DNA from: Planctomycetota bacterium
GTDB lineage: Bacteria > Planctomycetota > JAJSAM01 > JAJVHW01
Direction of reading: 5' to 3'
DNA: 64,000 nucleotides
NCBI GenBank assembly: GCA_965248445.1
Contig: CBDFJG010000002.1
Location: forward strand, 512,001 to 576,000
How positions within the stretch are numbered: position 1 is the stretch's first letter; each line of letters begins with the position of its first letter. The position numbers were made by a program, and so were the translations under genes. The notes below the pieces were generated by a model. The model was not told the origin of the DNA. It made no database searches and saw only the letters and a program-made list of their open reading frames with translations. Positions 62,117 to 64,000 of this stretch are shown here, piece after piece.

Positions 62117-62827
62117 ATGCCCCCGTCCGCAATTCCCCGTGTCGCGCTGGTCAAGAGCGCGGCGCGGGCCGAGTCGCTGGCGGCAGCGCTGGCGGCGGCG
62201 GGGTTCCATGCGGTGCTCGTCTCGCCGTTCGTGCGCGAGGAGGTGCCGGGGTCCGATGCGGCCCTGCGCGACGCGTTGGCGGACCGTCCGGAGTGGATCG
62301 CGGTGACGTCTCCGGGCGCTGCGCCGGCGCTGGGACGCGTCGGGACGGCGGGCGCCCGGGTGGCGGCCGTCGGAATGGGCACTGCCACGGCCCTTGCGTC
62401 CGCCGGCGCCCCGGCTGACGTTGTGGGGGACGCGGGCGGGGACCGGCTGGCGGAGCGGATGCGGGCGGCGGGGCTCGCGACCGGCTCGGCGGTGGTCCAC
62501 CCGTGCGGCGAGGGCACGCGGACGGACCTCGGCGCGGCCCTCTCACCGTGGCGGGTGCGCGTTGCTGATGTGCCGGTGTACAGGGTGGTCCCCGACCCCA
62601 TCGGGGAGCGCGCTGCGGCGGGAGAGTTCGACGTCGTGGTGATCGGCGCTCCGCCGCTGGCAGCTCGCGCTACGGAGTTGTTCCCGGCGCGCCCCCCGGC
62701 GGTCGCGATCGGACGGACCACGGCCTCGATGATGCGCGATCTCGGCTGGGTGCCGGCGGCCGTCGCTGCGCGACCTCGCGCGGCGGATGTCGTCAACGCG
62801 GTCCGGCGCGTGGTGGGCGGAGAGTGA
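62117..62827 (+). CDS. hemD: Uroporphyrinogen-III synthase
   Basis: WIAVTSPG, AAVG.GTA.AL...G, VYR, VAIG.TTA motifs; clustered with hemB. Confidence 0.8.
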   Translation: MPPSAIPRVALVKSAARAESLAAALAAAGFHAVLVSPFVREEVPGSDAALRDALADRPEWIAVTSPGAAPALGRVGTAGARVAAVGMGTATALASAGAPADVVGDAGGDRLAERMRAAGLATGSAVVHPCGEGTRTDLGAALSPWRVRVADVPVYRVVPDPIGERAAAGEFDVVVIGAPPLAARATELFPARPPAVAIGRTTASMMRDLGWVPAAVAARPRAADVVNAVRRVVGGE

Positions 62828-62928
62828 GCTTGAATGCGCCGGATCGGGTTGACAGTATCGGTCGGCGTGAGAGTGTGGGGCGCGGCGGACGTGGCGGGTG
62901 TGGATGAGCGGGGGAAGGGGCGAGTGAC

Positions 62929-63378
62929 GTGAGCGCGATCGTGGTCCGCACGTGCGTTGCCGAGGACGCGGAACTGGCGGCTCGGGTGCTCGGTGACGTG
63001 GTGGACGGCCGCGCGGCGCTGCCGCGGCTCGCGGACCTGTTGGGCCGGCGCGAGGTAGTGCTCTGCGTCGCCACCGTCGACGGCGTCTCCGCGGGTATCG
63101 CGTACGGCTACGTGTATCCGCGCCTCAAGGACAGCCACGACGCCACGCTGCTTTACGAGGTCGACGTGGCCGAGGGCTTCCGTCAGCGAGGTGTCGGCGC
63201 TGCGCTGATGCGCGAGTTCGGACGTGCGTGCAAGTTCCGCGGCGCGCCGAAGCACTGGCTGATCTCGGATCACGGGAACGAGGCGGCGATGCGGCTCTAC
63301 GAGAGCGTCGGCGGGGTTCTCTCCAAGGGAAACGAGGCGATGTTCAGCTTCGGTGACGACGAGCCGGAGACGGCATGA
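62929..63378 (+). CDS. GNAT family N-acetyltransferase
   Basis: YEVDV..FRQRGVG, NEAAMRLYESVG; ATGA overlap with hemB. Confidence 0.85.
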   Translation: MSAIVVRTCVAEDAELAARVLGDVVDGRAALPRLADLLGRREVVLCVATVDGVSAGIAYGYVYPRLKDSHDATLLYEVDVAEGFRQRGVGAALMREFGRACKFRGAPKHWLISDHGNEAAMRLYESVGGVLSKGNEAMFSFGDDEPETA

Positions 63379-64000
63379 CCGAACGGACTCCCCCCGCACG
63401 TCGGCTACGCCGCATGCGACGCACCGCGGGACGGCGTGCTCTCGTGCGTGAGACGGACTTGCTGCCGCGCCATCTCGTCCAGCCCGTGCTCGTGGAGGAG
63501 TCACACGGTGCGCACGGCGATCTGCCGTCGCTGCCGGGGCAGAACCTGTGGTCGCCGGACACCGTCGGCGTGATGGCGCGCGAGTGCGTCGACGCCGGCC
63601 TCGGCGGCCTGATGCTGTTCGGCATCCCGGCGAAGCGTGACGAACTGGGGCGCAGCGCGTGGGCCGAGGACGGCGTCGTGCAGCAGGCGATCGAGGCCGT
63701 GCGCCAAGCGGCGCCGTCGCTGACCATCCTGTGCGACCTGTGCCTGTGCGCGTACACGTCGCACGGCCACTGCGGAATCGTGGCGGGGGAGCGGGTCGAC
63801 AACGACGCGACGCTCGAGGTGTACGGGCGCATCGCGCAGTCGTACGGCTGGGCGGGTGCGGACGTCGTGCTCCCCAGCGGGATGATCGACGGCTCGACCG
63901 ATGCGGCGCGTCATGCACTCGACGACCGGCGGCACGAGGACGTGGCCGTGTTCGCGTACGCGGCGAAGTTCGCGTCGTCGTTCTACTCGCCCTTCTACGC
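63375..64000 (+). CDS. hemB: Porphobilinogen synthase (Zn-dependent), runs off the window
   Basis: Manual translation RRLRRMRR...LVRET, LFGIP, DLCLCAYTSHGHCG, PSGMIDG, YAAKFASSFYSPF. Confidence 0.95.
   Translation, partial: MTERTPPARRLRRMRRTAGRRALVRETDLLPRHLVQPVLVEESHGAHGDLPSLPGQNLWSPDTVGVMARECVDAGLGGLMLFGIPAKRDELGRSAWAEDGVVQQAIEAVRQAAPSLTILCDLCLCAYTSHGHCGIVAGERVDNDATLEVYGRIAQSYGWAGADVVLPSGMIDGSTDAARHALDDRRHEDVAVFAYAAKFASSFYSPFY

Overview
A 64-kb, very GC-rich window from a diderm bacterium. It is probably Planctomycetota-like, inferred from lpxH, TolC, DUF1570/HEAT/FG-GAP proteins and an ECF anti-sigma factor with a prenyltransferase-like barrel. The backbone carries lpxH (partial), a PLP dehydratase, a translationally coupled ABC-fusion/PDZ/FG-GAP/FG-GAP cluster, Ni-SOD sodN/sodX, yqgE, an mtaD-like amidohydrolase, an M1 aminopeptidase, gcvT-gcvH facing gcvP, a degenerate lgt, HEAT/TolC/HEAT genes, an ECF sigma/anti-sigma pair, tsaE, thiL, thiE, dapB, a phosphatase, a PilZ protein, tRNA-Ala(CGC), tRNA-Val(CAC), dcd-nrdJ with two NrdR boxes, hemD and hemB (partial). 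Accessory DNA comprises two IS1380-family elements (one with a nonsense codon), one IS66-family element without a target duplication, and a decayed island between tRNA-Val and a tRNA-Cys 3' att fragment. That island contains a comM gene cut at Walker A beside a serine recombinase remnant. The most striking unexplained signal is five different perfect 8-bp tandem duplications in the accessory DNA. Four lie in recognisable genes, and deleting one copy of each restores three reading frames exactly, which looks like scars left by a departed element with 8-bp target duplications. Start codons were adjusted by eye from RBS and overlap patterns. No database searches were run, so all family names come from motif recognition.
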